Shown here in pieces: positions 50,760 to 64,000 of a stretch of DNA of 64,000 nucleotides. Each line of letters starts with the position of its first letter. Position 1 is the first letter of the stretch. This stretch comes from Octopus vulgaris (Eukaryota), in assembly GCA_951406725.2 (NCBI GenBank), contig OX597817.1, positions 97,154,001 to 97,218,000 of the forward strand. Reading direction: 5' to 3'. The position numbers were made by a program, and so were the translations under genes. The notes beneath the pieces were generated by a model. It was not told the origin of the DNA. It worked only from the letters and a program-made list of their open reading frames with translations, and searched no databases.

Positions 50760-53700
50760 GCTATTATGCAAAAGTGTCGTAAGTCCAAAACATTGCTTTT
50801 TCAGAAAACGTAAAAGTAGTTTCACCATCAAAAAGCAAAACCATTGTACTACACTTTGACAATTTTTGGTATTTTAACATCTGAAGCAACTGGAGATACG
50901 ATAGCTTGACCAAAAGAACAGAGAGAGAAAAAGAAGTTGTGGATTTAGCGGTCAAGCATGGTGACTGGTTGGGAAAAAAAGCTTTGATAGGAGAGGTAGA
51001 AAGAAGAGAACATAATAAAGTATTGGCGTTCCCCAAACGAAGGTGCGCGTGCGTATATGTATATGAGAATGTGTGTGTGTGTGTGTGTGTGTGTGTGGAT
51101 AGGGACTAGTGACTTTGACATGTGCGAATGTGTGCGTGTGTGTGCGCGTCTGAAATGTGTAGGTGTGTGGGTGCGCGGATGATGGTGTGTACGTGAGCGG
51201 ATGATGGTGTGTGGTGTGGGTGCTGTGAAGTAGTCAGTGCTAGTGTGTGGAGTGGTGTGGGAGTGTGGTATGATGTAGTGTGGCGTGGGTGTGTGGGAGT
51301 GTAGGGATGTGGAGGAAGGGGAAATAGTTAGTGCTAGTGTGTGTGGGGGTAGTGTGTATGGGAGTGGAATGTGTGGAGGTGGGGTGTATGGGTATGAGGC
51401 GTAGGTGGAGGGGTATAAATGAAGAGAGAAGGTGGGTAGGAGTGAAGAGAGGAAGTCAGTGTCAGATGAAGAGAGGGGAGTTGAGCCCATATGGCACAAA
51501 GGAGCGAAGAGAGAAGATTAATTCCTGTTCACGACGAAGGCGGGTATCCGGATGGCCCCTGTGCAAAGGCAATCCGAACACAGACAGGTGTTGTAGTGAA
51601 TGACCAGTAGAGCGAAAATGGCGCGAGATCGGGGTATCATTGCCAAGTCTGATGTCTCGGAGGTGCTCCGCGACCCGGTCAGCCAAGCGGCGTCCCGTTT
51701 CACAGATGTACAGAGGACAGAAAGAGTATGAGATGCAGTAAATGACGTTTTTAGAAGTGCAAGTAAAGGAGTCGGTGATATGATAGGGACGATGATGGGT
51801 GGCTGTGAGGATGGTCGTGTTAGAGAGGTAGCGTGAGCTGCAGCAGGGGAGCGAGCCAGGTTGGGAGGTGGGGTTAGGGGAGACACTGTGGACCAGAAAG
51901 GCCTCAAAGGTTGTGGGCTTGTTTGGAGGAGGGACGGAGTGGGGTTGGGGTGGATGTGCAAAGTAGAGGGGTCGGACTGGAGTCATCGGAAGGCTCGGAG
52001 CATGGTGTGTTGGAGGGGCAGGGTGGAGGGGTTGTAGGTGAAGGGAAACGGGAGACGAGCAACGGCGGGGTGGGTGCGGGTGCGGGGAGAGAGAGCAGAG
52101 GCACGGTCCACGAAAGTGCTCTGGCAAGGGCTGTGTGGATAGTGGTGAAGGGATATCCACGAAGGATGAAGTGGCGAGCCATGAGTTGAGACTGAATCTC
52201 AAAGTCATGGTTGTCACTGCAGAGCCTGTGCAGACGGAGGAATTGAGAGTAGGGGATGGAGAGCTTGGTGTGGGTAGGGTGGGAGGAGGAGAAGTTGAGG
52301 TATGAATATGAGTCAGTGTGTTTGTAGGGGATGGAGGTAGGGAGAGCGGAGTGGTGTATGTTGACCGAAATGTCGAGGAATGCGACAAGAGGGAAGGAGA
52401 AAGAGTTGAAGAGACGGAGAGCATGGTTAGTGTCATGGATGTGGGAGGGGAAGGAGGTAAAAATCCCCTGCGAACGAGAAGCAATTGAAAGAGAGGACAA
52501 GTTCGGCCAGACGGAGAAGTGTGGAGGTGTCAGATTGGGGTTTGGATCGAAGGTCTAGGAAGTGTTTCAATGCAAGAAACCCTTCGTTATGTAGGATCAA
52601 CTTATATAGACTCTTGATATCAAGAGTGAAGAGAAGGAGCCAGGAGGGAAGGAGAAAGAGTTGAAGAGATGGAGAGCATAGTTAGTGACATGGATGTGGG
52701 AGGGGAGGGAAGCCACTAGAGGAAAGGACACGTTTGAGTTATTTTGAGTGGTAGAGATGTAGGGAGAGCGGAGTGGTGTATGTTGACCGAAATGTCGAGG
52801 AATGCGACAGAAATGTTGGAAATAGTACAGGAGAATTCAAGGGCAGGATGGAAAGATTGGACAAAAGAAAGGAAAATGTCTAGTTGTTCGTAGGAGAGTG
52901 AGGTCGCGCCGATACAGTCATTAATATAACAACCGTATAGTTTGGGGGTGGGACCAGTGAATCGTGAGAATATTTGGGCCTCAACGTAGTCAACGAACAG
53001 GTTCGCATAGTTGAGGCCCATTCTCGTTACCATGGCCACTCCCGAGACTGTTGGTAAAAATCCCCTGCGAACGAGAAGCAGTTGAAAGAGAGGACAAGTT
53101 CGGCCAGACGGAGAAGTGTGGAGGTGTCAGATTGGGGTTTGGATCGAAGGTCTAGGAAGTGTTTCAGTGCAAGAAACCCTTCGTTGTGTAGGATCACCTT
53201 ATATAGACTCTTGATATCAAGAGTGAAGAGAAGGAGCCAGGAGGGAAGGAGGAAGAATTGAAGAGACGGAGAGCAGCATGGTTAATGTCATGGATGTAGG
53301 AGGGGAGGGAAGCCACTAGGGGAAAGGACACGGTTGAGTTATTTTGAAATCAATTCCGTTGGGCAGTTACAGGCGGAGACGATAGGGCGGCCAGGGTTGT
53401 TGGGCTTGTGGATTTTGGGAAGGAAGTAAATGGTACGGGTGCGTTGAGTGCGGACAATGAGATGGAGGCGGTGGGAAAGAGACGGGAGGAGGAGATGAGG
53501 TCATGAATAGTGGAGGACACAGTCTGTTAGTCTGGAGGGCCGAGGGCAATAGAAGAAGGTGTCTTAAAGTTGGCGGAGAGCTACAGCCTTGTAGAGGTCT
53601 GAGCTCCACACCACCACAGCTCCACCCTCGTCAGTCGGTTTTATGATGATGTCTTTGCAGCGTCAGCGACATCGAAGGGCCGAGAGTTCGGTTGGGAAGA

Positions 53701-54650
53701 TGGTAAAATGTTGGGGACGCCTGCGAAAGTTAAACCGGTCCACAACACGTTGGCAGATGCTTGCAAAATGATCGACTGCTTGGAACTTTCCAGGAGCTGG
53801 CGTCCAGTGAGATGGTCGGCGACCCAGGTCAGTGAAACACTCCTCTTCATTAGATGCAGGTGGTGTGTTGTGGAATAGTGCATATAGCCTAACGCAGCGT
53901 ACAAAGCTATGAATATCAGCATAGGTCTGAAATACGTTACTGGATGGAGTGAGGTGGGGTGACGCGCAGACCCTTACTGAGAAGAGAGCGCTCCGTCTCA
54001 GAGAGGGAAAGTTCAGGTGGAATGGTAACAATAGACCGAAGTGGGGAGGGTGTGGATGGGTTTGGCGTGGGAGGGGTGGTGGGGTAGTGGAAGACTGAAA
54101 GGAGAGAGAGGAGGAGTAAGTGCGTGGGGGATTGGAGTAACGGAAGGGTTGGGGGTGAGGACGAGGGGTGAGTGTATCGGGGAGGGAGGAGGAAAGGGGA
54201 AGTGGTGGGTGTAATTGGATCGGGTGGGACAGAATGAAGCAGTAAGTCGAGTTTGTGTTGTTTAATGCGAGCGAGGAACTCGTGGTAAAGATGATATAAA
54301 TGAATTATGAAGCGTAGAGTGGAACGTGCAAAGGAAGGCGAAAGAGAGGAGAAAAAGATGGAATAAGCGAGAGGGAGAAGGCGGTCGAGGGTATGTATTT
54401 TGGAGAGATAAAAACGAATGGTGGAACGCATAAGGCGGTTGGAAGTAATACGGAGTATGGGTGGGATGGCAGAAGTAGAGTGGAAAGTGGGATGGAAATG
54501 GAGGCGGAAACCTTTGGGGATGAGGTGGTGGTGAGGGCAGCGACTGAGAAAGGAAACGTAGCTAGAGAACTGAATTATTTTGAAAATCAGTAGGGGAAGA
54601 TTAATAGAAGGTTGAAAGCAGCGGAAAGGAAGAGTGGAAGGTGTTTCTTT
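50760..54650 (-). mobile_element. Penelope-like element (RT + GIY-YIG), degraded, with internal duplications
   Basis: LSETERSLLSKGL, GVAMVTRMGLNYANLF..YINDC, FLDISV..YKHTDSYSYLNFSSSHP, FTCTSKNVIYCI..YICETGRRLADRVAEH..PYGLN. Confidence 0.9.
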
Positions 54651-54828
54651 AGGCGGTGGTGAAGGTAGAGGAGAAAGGATTTGTAATCGGGAAAAAGGAG
54701 AAAAAGAAGAAAAGGAGAGAGAAAGGCAAAGTAATAACGTACAGAGTAAAAAAGTTAAAAAAATTCAAAGGTCATGAAAAGAAGAAAAAGAAAGGAAAAA
54801 AAGAAAAGAAGAAAAAGAGTGAGAAAGA

Positions 54829-55283
54829 CAAATATTGCAGCAAATACAAATGTCCAGTATTCATCAGCTAAATCGCATATATGTTTTCCAGACATCCTAG
54901 AGAGTTTGATTATCCTCATGAAGTATTAGGAGTGAGTTCTATGAAATTTAAAGTCAAATTATAAGCAGACTTAAATTGCTTTCTAATGATGCACCGTTGT
55001 TTGAGGGTCTTTCTTCTGCTTAATATCAAAATGGTATGTCTTCCATCTAATTCTTCTAATGAAATCGTTTATCCTATGGATTAGTAGCCAGATATATTCA
55101 TCCTTACTGTGTAAGGGGATGTCTTTAGGGGAAAACTCTATGTTTACTTTCTCCATTCTTGTTGAGAAATTAAGTACCACTCCTAATACTTCATGAGGAT
55201 AATCAAACTCTCTAGGATGTCTGGAAAACATATATGTGATTTAGCTGATGAATACTGGACATTTGTATTTGCTGCAATATTTG
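54829..55283 (-). mobile_element. PLE 5' fragment bracketed by a 106-bp inverted repeat
   Basis: 54829-54934 is the inverse of 55178-55283 (1 mismatch seen). Encloses FSPKDIPLHSKDEY..FIRRIRWK, a PLE N-terminal motif. Confidence 0.75.
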
Positions 55284-55549
55284 CAGCTTCAAATAAAATT
55301 GTTCTTAGTATGAAACAATTGCACTAAACTACTAATCCATTCTTGTTGCTTTTTTCTTGGTTATAATCACCCCACATTATTTTATGGTTAATACCATAAA
55401 TGAATTCTGGTGCATCTAAGTTAAGTACCATATTCATTTGAATTCATTAGAATTCACTTGAATCTTAATTGTTTTTGCTGAATATATATATATATATGTA
55501 TATATATATGTGTGTGTGTGTGTGTATGTATGTGTGTGTGTTTATGTGT

Positions 55550-55720
55550 TTGACAACTGATGGTGGTATGTTTACGACCCCGTAAATTAGCGGTTCGGCG
55601 AAAGAGACCGATAGAATAAGTACTAGGCTTACAGAAAATAAGCCCTGGGATCGATTTGCTCGACTAAAGGCGGTGCTCCAGCATGGCCACAGTCAAATGG
55701 CTGAAACAAGTAAAAGAGTA
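55550..55720 (+). mobile_element. CORE-like tRNA SINE 3' half
   Basis: Inverse match to 56025-56205. Confidence 0.8.
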
Positions 55721-55743
55721 TATATATATATATATTATTTTGA

Positions 55744-55793
<50 letters not shown>

Positions 55794-55796
55794 TAT

Positions 55797-56419
55797 GGGA
55801 ACTAAAATCTAAAAGTATTAAGTACAATTGAAATTGGGAGATAGTTTGTAAGGCAAAACCTTATCGAATAGGTAGTAATTTTTGTTTATTATGTACTAAT
55901 AAATTTAATGAGATATCATTAAATAATAATAAAAAATTGGTTAATTCTCTAGATGAATGAAAAATTAAATGTAGACATAAGTTAAATTACTTATATAATA
56001 AGTTTAGCTAATTTGTATATACCCTTTTACTCTTTTACTCTTTTACTCGTTTCAGTCATTTGACTGCGGCCATGCTGGAGCACCGCCTTTAGTCGAGCAA
56101 ATCGACCCCGGGACTTATTCTTTGTAAGCCCAGTACTTATTCTATCGATCTCTTTTGCCGAACCGCTAAGTGATGGGGACGTAAACACACCAGCATCGGT
56201 TGTCAAGCAATGCTAGGGGGACAAACACAGACACACACACACATATATACATATATACGACAGGCTTCTTTCAGTTTCTGTCTACCAAATCCACTCACAA
56301 ATGGCATTGGTCGGCCCGGGGCTATAGCAGAAGACATTTGCCCAAGATGCCAGGCAGTGGGACTGAACCCGGGCCATGTGGTTGGTTAGCAAGCTACTTA
56401 CCACACAGCCACTCCTGCG

Positions 56420-56503
<84 letters not shown>

Positions 56504-57360
56504 TATATATATATAAACCATATTTTATGTTACTAATTGCTGTAGTTATAATTTGTAGTAGCAAAATGTGTATAAATTAGCATGAGACTATATAGTGTAT
56601 ATCACATAATTAGAATAAGATTAAACTAAGATGTTTATAAAATAGATAAATAAATTAGTGAAAATAGATTAAATTATAGAAATTTAGATTAATTTACGTA
56701 TATTATGTATTTTACGTATTTTAGTTTTAAATTATTTAAACTTTAAAATTTTCTAGTAAATGGTATATTACAGTTAATTTTTTCTTATTCTCAAAGCTAA
56801 AATGCATTTTGTCATTTTAACAGCTTAAATACATATTTCTATCTATTTATTCTATAATTTTTATTTAAGCCATATTTTCACGCGATATATTTCTTATAAA
56901 TGCTAAGTTCTACGTATTACGTTTAAAATTTTAGTTAACAGAAATTCTTCGATAAGATAAGTTATGGTTTATTTTAAGTAATATTGATAAATGTTTTTCG
57001 ATTATTTATTGTTAAAACACGTATTTTTCTATATTTGTTTGATAATTCTTATGGGTTAAGATACGTACATATATTTTATTATTATTTTTATTATTGTTAT
57101 TATTACTATTTTAGACCTGATGTTTTTAAATAGAATTGATTTTGGATCGATTTAATTTTAAATCGAATTGATTTTATTATTATTATCTATAGGGAAATGC
57201 AGCCACGAAACGCGCGTAGTCAGTTTACTACTATTTACTATTTATTGTTTATGTACTTTATTGATTTTTAGAATAAGGTTTTTATAGTATATATTTTTTT
57301 TCTATATGGTGTGAATAATGTCTTTCGCTGTTGAATTGCTTAATAGTGGTTTTTCTATCA
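55797..57360 (+). mobile_element. AT-rich PLE 3' fragment (GIY-YIG C-terminus, UTR, hammerhead-like motif at 57114-57221), interrupted by a SINE
   Basis: WELKSKSIKY..WEIVCKAKPYRIGSNFCLLC..KCRHK; GAC-CTGATG..GAAACGCGCGTA-GTC. Confidence 0.6.
56025..56421 (-). mobile_element. Full-length CORE-like tRNA SINE
   Basis: Minus strand: TGGCTGTGTGG A box, GGTTCAGTCCC B box, CTTGGGCAA core-like motif, (GTAAAAGA)n tail. Confidence 0.85.
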
Positions 57361-57449
57361 ATTATATACATATATTATATATTGCGAAATTTGATTTAGA
57401 ATTGCTAAATTGAATTTTTCCCTGTAAGTTTGGAATTATATTCCCTACT

Positions 57450-57496
<47 letters not shown>

Positions 57497-57500
<4 letters not shown>

Positions 57501-57687
57501 GGAATTTACGAAAAACAAAAGACGAATACAGGTGTGTAAACAACAAACAGGTGTATTAGTTTAACGCTCGGGAAGGTGAGTAAGTCTTTTACGCTTCGAG
57601 CCTACGCTCTTCAACAGAAAGGAACACGAGAAAATAAACAGAGAGAAAGAGAGAATAAAAGCTTTAGTGGCTAGTGGTCAATCATGG

Positions 57688-57755
<68 letters not shown>

Positions 57756-57930
57756 CACAAATGCAGCGTAGGAGATATTTGTAAGTCATTCAAGAACACG
57801 CAAAAGCCGTTAGTTTCACTTTAACATTTAATTTTCGTTTGTGTCAAAATATTTTCGTCGCTTTGAAATCGCGACTCGTTCACTGACAAAACTTGGAGCT
57901 GCATCTGAGAGAGTAGCAGTTAGTTCATGA
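57497..57930 (-). mobile_element. Two short PLE pseudo-LTR-like fragments embedded in (TA)n
   Basis: Hammerhead-like motifs at 57586-57621 and 57842-57888; the second has a paralog at 62085-62290 (+). Confidence 0.45.
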
Positions 57931-57990
57931 TATATATGTGTTTATGTATGTATGTATGTATGTATGTATGTATGTATGTATGTATGTATG

Positions 57991-58019
<29 letters not shown>

Positions 58020-58021
<2 letters not shown>

Positions 58022-58700
58022 CGCAATTCTATTTGTTAGTTATTATAAATCTTCCACTGAGGAGGGAGTCGGTTTCCAACAAACAATACACTGACGCTAC
58101 ACCTATGAGCGAATTAAATAAGCTATTTAAGAAAATCCTACGCACAACTGGCATTAAGAACAAAGTTGTAGAAAAGACAGGTAGGACTATGAAATCTATA
58201 TTAAGTAAGTCATACCCATTTGATAGAATCACTTGTCAAAATAATTGTGTAGTATGTTCTACAAACCAAACCCATATGTAAACTGTAAAACGAACACTGT
58301 ATACCAGGTTAAGCGCCAGAAAGGATTTATGCTGTTCTCCTACAGTTCTATATTGGTGAGAAATCTAGGAGCATTAATGATAGGTTCAAAGAACACCTGG
58401 ATAACTACACTGAAAAAAAAACGAACTCTATTTTCTATCAGCGTGCTGTAGAGACTTTCACAATGGCTCCTTAGAGAGACTTAGGTTAGATATCCTATCT
58501 ACACGTGCCACTGATGCAATGCTGAGACAAATTACCGAAGCTGTCTATATACAGGAGTACAAACCCACCCTCAACCGAATGGGTAAAATCCGAACGGGGT
58601 AACACCCAGATTCCACTCGCGAGGAGCCATTTATAATCACCCCTTTATCTCATTTACATGTAGAAATTCATATATAGATGTTGAGATGCACGATACTGAT
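58020..58700 (+). mobile_element. PLE GIY-YIG fragment
   Basis: KVVEKTGRTMKSIL..C..C..C..NTVYQV..RSINDRFKEH..ITEAVYIQEYKPTLN. Confidence 0.75.
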
Positions 58701-59138
58701 GCATATATGTAATTATATATAGTTGTATGAACGTGCATAGATTTATATATATATGTGCGCATGTGTAGATGTATGTGTATTTTAGCATGTATATGTATGT
58801 GTGAGTATGTGTGTATGTTTGTGTGTGTGGGTATGTATGTGTATATGAGTGTGTATATGCCTGTACACGTATATGTATATATATATGCTCATATATATGT
58901 AGATGTCTATGTAAAATAAAAAAAGAAAAAGTATTTGGGTTTAGCTGTTGACTGAAAATAGTGACATATATATGCGTAGATGGATAAACGTATATATGTG
59001 TATACTGTAAGATTATACGTATATATGCGTGTGTGTGTATACTCGCTTATGTGATTGCGTGTGCTTGTACATAAGTTTTAGTATGTTTATATTTGCATGT
59101 ATGTATCTAAGACATTGTGTCTATTCACCCTTATACAA

Positions 59139-61646
59139 TAGGGTTATGCATTTTTGAATTTTTGAAAGTAAGCAATTTCCTGTATTGAAAGTCAATAAAC
59201 AATTTCATAGAGTAGGGAAAACAAACTTCATTTTGCTTTATTTGAAAAAAAACGTCACACCCTAACTTAAGAAATTGATCACCACCTTTGACCCAAATCA
59301 TGCGAAATTCTAGGGGCGGGGTTCATAATGCTTACTCAAGTTTTTGCCGAACTTGGTGTACTGACTTAATGCAATGCAGAAGCAGTATATCTCAAATTTT
59401 AGCTTTCAAGTTTAAGTAGTTTAGGAGTTATAGATTTTTTAATTTGTTACCACTTAGGCCCTACTTTACGAAATATCCTCTTCCTCTCCTTTTTATTTCT
59501 GTATCGCTAAAAACTCTGACTATATTAACTGTTTTTCAGAATAGTAGGCTTATCCAACTAGAATATAAAAAATAATGTCTCCTAAGAGAAGTGCTTGAGT
59601 CACTCAAAGAAACAGAAAAATCTGGACGAGGAATCTCGTGCAATTTCAAGACTCACATAGGAAAAGAAGAGGTGTTCCGCTAGAAGAGCTTTCTTTGGAA
59701 ATCAACTGCAGGATACCAATGAAACTTCAAAGGAAGGAAAGAAAAGTCAAAGAAAATTTTGAAAGAAGTAACTTTTTATGGCAAAAGAAATTAAACTTCC
59801 CATATTTATCAATTTAAAATGTACAAGCAAATATAGAAAAGGGCTGAATACCTACGATGAATGTGTAAAACAAGGAAAATACGATTCATTGAAAGGAATT
59901 TTTGACATCACAAAAAAGGAAAACGGTGAATGGCTGTGCAGTGAGGATAGAAGGTTATGTTATCTTCAAATTGAAAGCAATGGACAGGTTGGGTATGGAA
60001 CTGGAAAGGCAGCTAGTTCTAAAAGTATCCAGCTATCCAAAAGAAGAAAATTGTCCTTAATGCAACTCTAGTATCATCGTCAGTGTCTGAAGCAGAGACT
60101 GAAAGTGAATATTAAGTGTCCGAGAAATCAGATGAAGAATCCACACTAACAAGGAGGAAGTATAGCAAGACTGAAACTTCAACCAAGTTAGTAATACCTT
60201 AAAGAATGAACAGAGAGAAGTTAAGTTAAAAGCACCCCAATTACCAAACGGAAAAGCCGATACTGTTGTGAAAGGAATAACAGCTGTTTTGGAGGAATAC
60301 AATTTATGGAACTGTGCAAAGATGATTGTCGTTGATACGAGTGCGAACACCGGGAAAAGAAATGGCATTGTCATTCAGTTGCAAAGACTGTTTGCTCAAA
60401 AGGGTTTGAAAGAAACGCAATTTATTGGTTGTCAGCATCATATCCCTGATAGAGTTCTTCGTGTTGTAATGGATAACGAACTTGGAGAAAAAAGTCATCT
60501 CCCAATATTGAATATACATTCATCCCAGAGCTTCTAAGTAATTACGAGAAACTCCAGGTTAATTTCAACAGTGGCGAAGAAAAGATTACTGAATCAGCAG
60601 GATGGCGAGATGACATGAAATTTCTATTTCATTTGAGCAGAGTTTTTCGTGTCTTTGAAGAAACCGGAAAATTTCCTACTGTAAAGTTTTTTAAAAATAC
60701 CCAACTTAAGTAATGCAAGATGGAATTCTCGAGCAATACTAGCTCTTTTTGGCATTTATTCTTCTACCAGAGAATAGAATCTTGCTTCTCAATGTTTGTC
60801 GATTTATCTCTTACTGATGGGCAGATTTTTGGTTTACTGACCAAATGTTCAATGCACATGATAACCAGAAGTTATGTGGTAGCCTGCAAGTTCATAAAAA
60901 AGCATTGAACTCTGTAAAAAATTTTTGGAGTCGAGAAGCATCAAAACTGGAAATTCTCAGAACAAATCAGTGTTGAACGGGCAATCAAGTGGCTTCAAGA
61001 TCTTTATGCTGTTTGTCAAAAGAAGGAGAAACTTCAGCTTCGATTTATTTTATCTAACAAAACATATTAACTTTGTGTTATGTTTAAAAATTTGCTAACA
61101 TTCAGCACCATTTTTCTTATACAGCTATTTAAAATTGGAATTAAACCTATTAACTTAAAAATATGCATTATTTTAAATTTTGTACGTTATCAAATGTTTG
61201 TAGTGGCCTCTGTCTTAAAATACATTAGTTTTGAACCTTTGCGTAGAGCAATTTCAATTCAGTAATCTTAAAAATGTATAAATACACTTTTATTCTACAT
61301 CTCTCATGCGTTTATAAGGATTTAGGCTTCGGAAATACTGAAGTGTGAATCTAGTGCCCATAACTCTGAAACTACTTCAACTAGAAAGCTGAAATTTCGG
61401 ATATATTATTTCTGCATTGCATTGAATCAGCGCATTAAGTTTGGTAAAAAAAAAGCAACTTGAGCAGGCATTATGAACCACTCTAGAATTTTGCATGATT
61501 TGGCTCAAAAGTGGTGATTGATTTCTTAAGCTGGGGGTGACGTCTTTTTCAAATGAAACAAATAAATGTTATTTTCCCGACTTTTATGAAACTATTCATC
61601 GAATTACAGTATAGATTTATTAAGTTGTGAAAAAGTCATTACCCTA
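59139..61646 (+). mobile_element. hAT (hATm-like) DNA transposon with long imperfect TIRs and degraded transposase
   Basis: TAGGGT...ACCCTA termini; 8-bp TSD TTATACAA/ATATACAA; ~300-bp imperfect inverted ends; VDTSANTGKRNG..GCQHH motif. Confidence 0.85.
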
Positions 61647-61779
61647 ATATACAACCTTCTATGGAGTAACAGTTATATATAAAACTTGAACAGACATACA
61701 TATCAGTACGTAAACGTACATTTACATGTACATGCACATATACACACACGCAAACACATCTACACGCTTACATTCGTAA

Positions 61780-62039
61780 ATGCTCACATACATACATACT
61801 TACATACATGCATACATACATACATACATACATACATACATACATACATACATACATAGATACATACATACATACATACGTACTTGCGTATATGCATGCG
61901 CACATACACATGTACATACATACATACATACATATATGCATACGTGCACACATATATACATACATGCATACATGCACGCATACATCATACATACATACAT
62001 ACATACATACATACATACATACATACATACATACATACA

Positions 62040-62070
<31 letters not shown>
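61780..62070. repeat. (TACA)n microsatellite
   Basis: Direct inspection. Confidence 0.95.
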
Positions 62071-62072
<2 letters not shown>

Positions 62073-62295
62073 CATGAATTAACTGTTACTTTTTCAGATG
62101 CAGCGCCTAGTTTTGTTAGTGAATAGGTCACCGTTTCAAAGCAACGAAAATATTTTGACACAAATGAAAATTAAACGAAGTGAAACTAACGGTCTTTGTG
62201 CTTTCTTGAACGATGTTCAAATATCCTCCACGCTGCAATTGTTTTTGTTTCAGCACACAATCTCAGATCAAATCACTTGCTATGCAAGTACATCT

Positions 62296-62429
62296 CCGTG
62301 ACTGTGTGGTAAGTAGATTGCTTGTCAACAACATGCATAGCACCTTGGGCAAGTGTCTTCTACTATAGCCTCGGATCGACTAAAGCCTTGTGAGTGGATT
62401 TGTTACATGGAAACTGAAAGAAGCTCGTC

Positions 62430-62516
<87 letters not shown>

Positions 62517-62700
62517 TCCCCCCAGCATTGCTTGACAACCGATGTTGGTGTGTTTACCTCTCCGTAAGTTAGCAGTTCGATAAAACAGACCGATAGAATA
62601 AGAAGTAGGCTTACAAAGCATAAGTCCTGGGGTCGATTTGCTCAACTAAAAGCGGTGCTCCACCATGGCTGCAGTCAAATGACTGAAACGAATAAAAAAA
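62296..62700 (+). mobile_element. CORE-like tRNA SINE with internal (TA)n(TG)n
   Basis: Colinear with 56025-56421; ACCTTGGGCAAGTGTCTT. Confidence 0.8.
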
Positions 62701-62704
62701 AAAA

Positions 62705-62773
<69 letters not shown>

Positions 62774-62777
<4 letters not shown>

Positions 62778-64000
62778 GTCATCCCATAAGTTATGTGCGA
62801 ATTTTGAATAAAGAAAACAAGTGATCAAATGTTGTATTTAATTGAAATTTAATCATCACTGTACTTTCTCTGATCATCTAAGACTTTCTTCCATCTATTT
62901 ACAAGCTTTTTAATCCCATAAATGTAAAACTCTTTTGGTTTCAAAGCGAAGAACTCTGAAATGTCAGTTTCGACCCCCTCAAAGTTATGTCCCCTCCCTC
63001 AAATGATTCTGTAAACTACGAAACAAATGGCAGTCTGAAGGAGCAAGGTCGGGAGAACAAGGTGGATGAGGAATTTTTTTCCCAACCAAGCTCTTCGATC
63101 TTCTGTGATGTAATCTTTTCAGTGTGGTGCCACATCACTCCTTTTCAATACGCTAAAGCGGGTTTTTTTTCTTCAAAGCTTGGGTCAAACACTCTCATTG
63201 CTGAGGGTAGACTTGAGCATTGATTGTTGCATTAAGTGGAAACAATTCAAAGTGAATTACTCCTTTGCAGTGCCACCAGATAGAGAGAACCTTTTCCCTA
63301 TGAAGTTCCTTTCTCGGTTCTGGTTGAACTTTTACCACGCCACTGTTTACGACGTTTAACATTTCAATAGAAGATCCATTTTTAATCACCAGTCACAAGT
63401 CTATCCAAAAAGGGTAAAATGAGTTCGCGAGAATGGAGAGAAGAGCAGATGTCAACTCGGGATTTGCGGTTGCTTTCGGACAATTCATGGGGCACACATT
63501 TTCCAAGTTGTTGGAGATGACAATGAACAGTTGTATGGTTTGAACTAAGCTTTATTGCCAATTCTTCAACTGATAATGCAGGATTTTCTTCAAGTAATGC
63601 CTCAAGGAGCTTATCATCAAATTCAACTGAACGTCCTGTTCGATCTTCATCTCCAAGGCTAATATCATCACTTCTGAATTTTGCAAACCATCTTCTGCAA
63701 ATTCTTTCATTTAAGCATTCTATCCCATAAACAGAGTATGTGTTTCGAGTCGCTGCAGCTGCAGAGTTTCCTTTTTTTGTACTCATAAAGCATTATGTGC
63801 CTCAAATGCTCTTTGGATACATCCATGTTAGAAAGAGTTTTAAGGGTTTTAATAAAAAAAATTTAATTCTATTATTCTGTAAAATAATATTTAATTAGTT
63901 TAAATGCACAAAAATGCATAAAAGTAATTTTTTAATTCCATTAGACATTCTAAAATACCATTAAATTTCATTGAATTTTTTTTAAAAAAGGTAAAATCGG
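62774..64000 (-). mobile_element. Mariner transposon relic
   Basis: RRWFAKFRSD..DEDRTGR, CVPHELSE..LVTGD, KVLSIWW, PPCSPDLAPSDCHLF. Terminal TA-TCAGGTCATCCCATAAG. Confidence 0.88.

Overview
Eukaryotic, extremely repeat-dense window with no confidently identifiable host gene. The SINE families, abundant Dong/R4 LINEs and microsatellites suggest a cephalopod (octopus-like) genome; this is inference. Main contents: (1) a full-length, nearly intact Tx1-clade LINE sitting in a (TC)n microsatellite (16.2-21.7 kb); (2) a ~22 kb head-to-tail array of R4/Dong LINE fragments, each bounded by (TAA)n (23.6-45.5 kb), with a Gypsy LTR element, a long-TIR foldback element carrying TTAGGG repeats and a 555-bp non-coding hitchhiker nested in it; (3) several Penelope-like element (PLE) fragments with hammerhead-ribozyme-like motifs; (4) mariner and hATm-like DNA transposon relics, RTE LINE relics and tRNA-SINEs. 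Best leads: a Gypsy primer-binding site complementary to the 5' end (not the 3' CCA end) of tRNA-Phe, and a tRNA-headed SINE ending in a PLE-type minimal hammerhead. Boundaries of degraded elements were placed by eye and are approximate.
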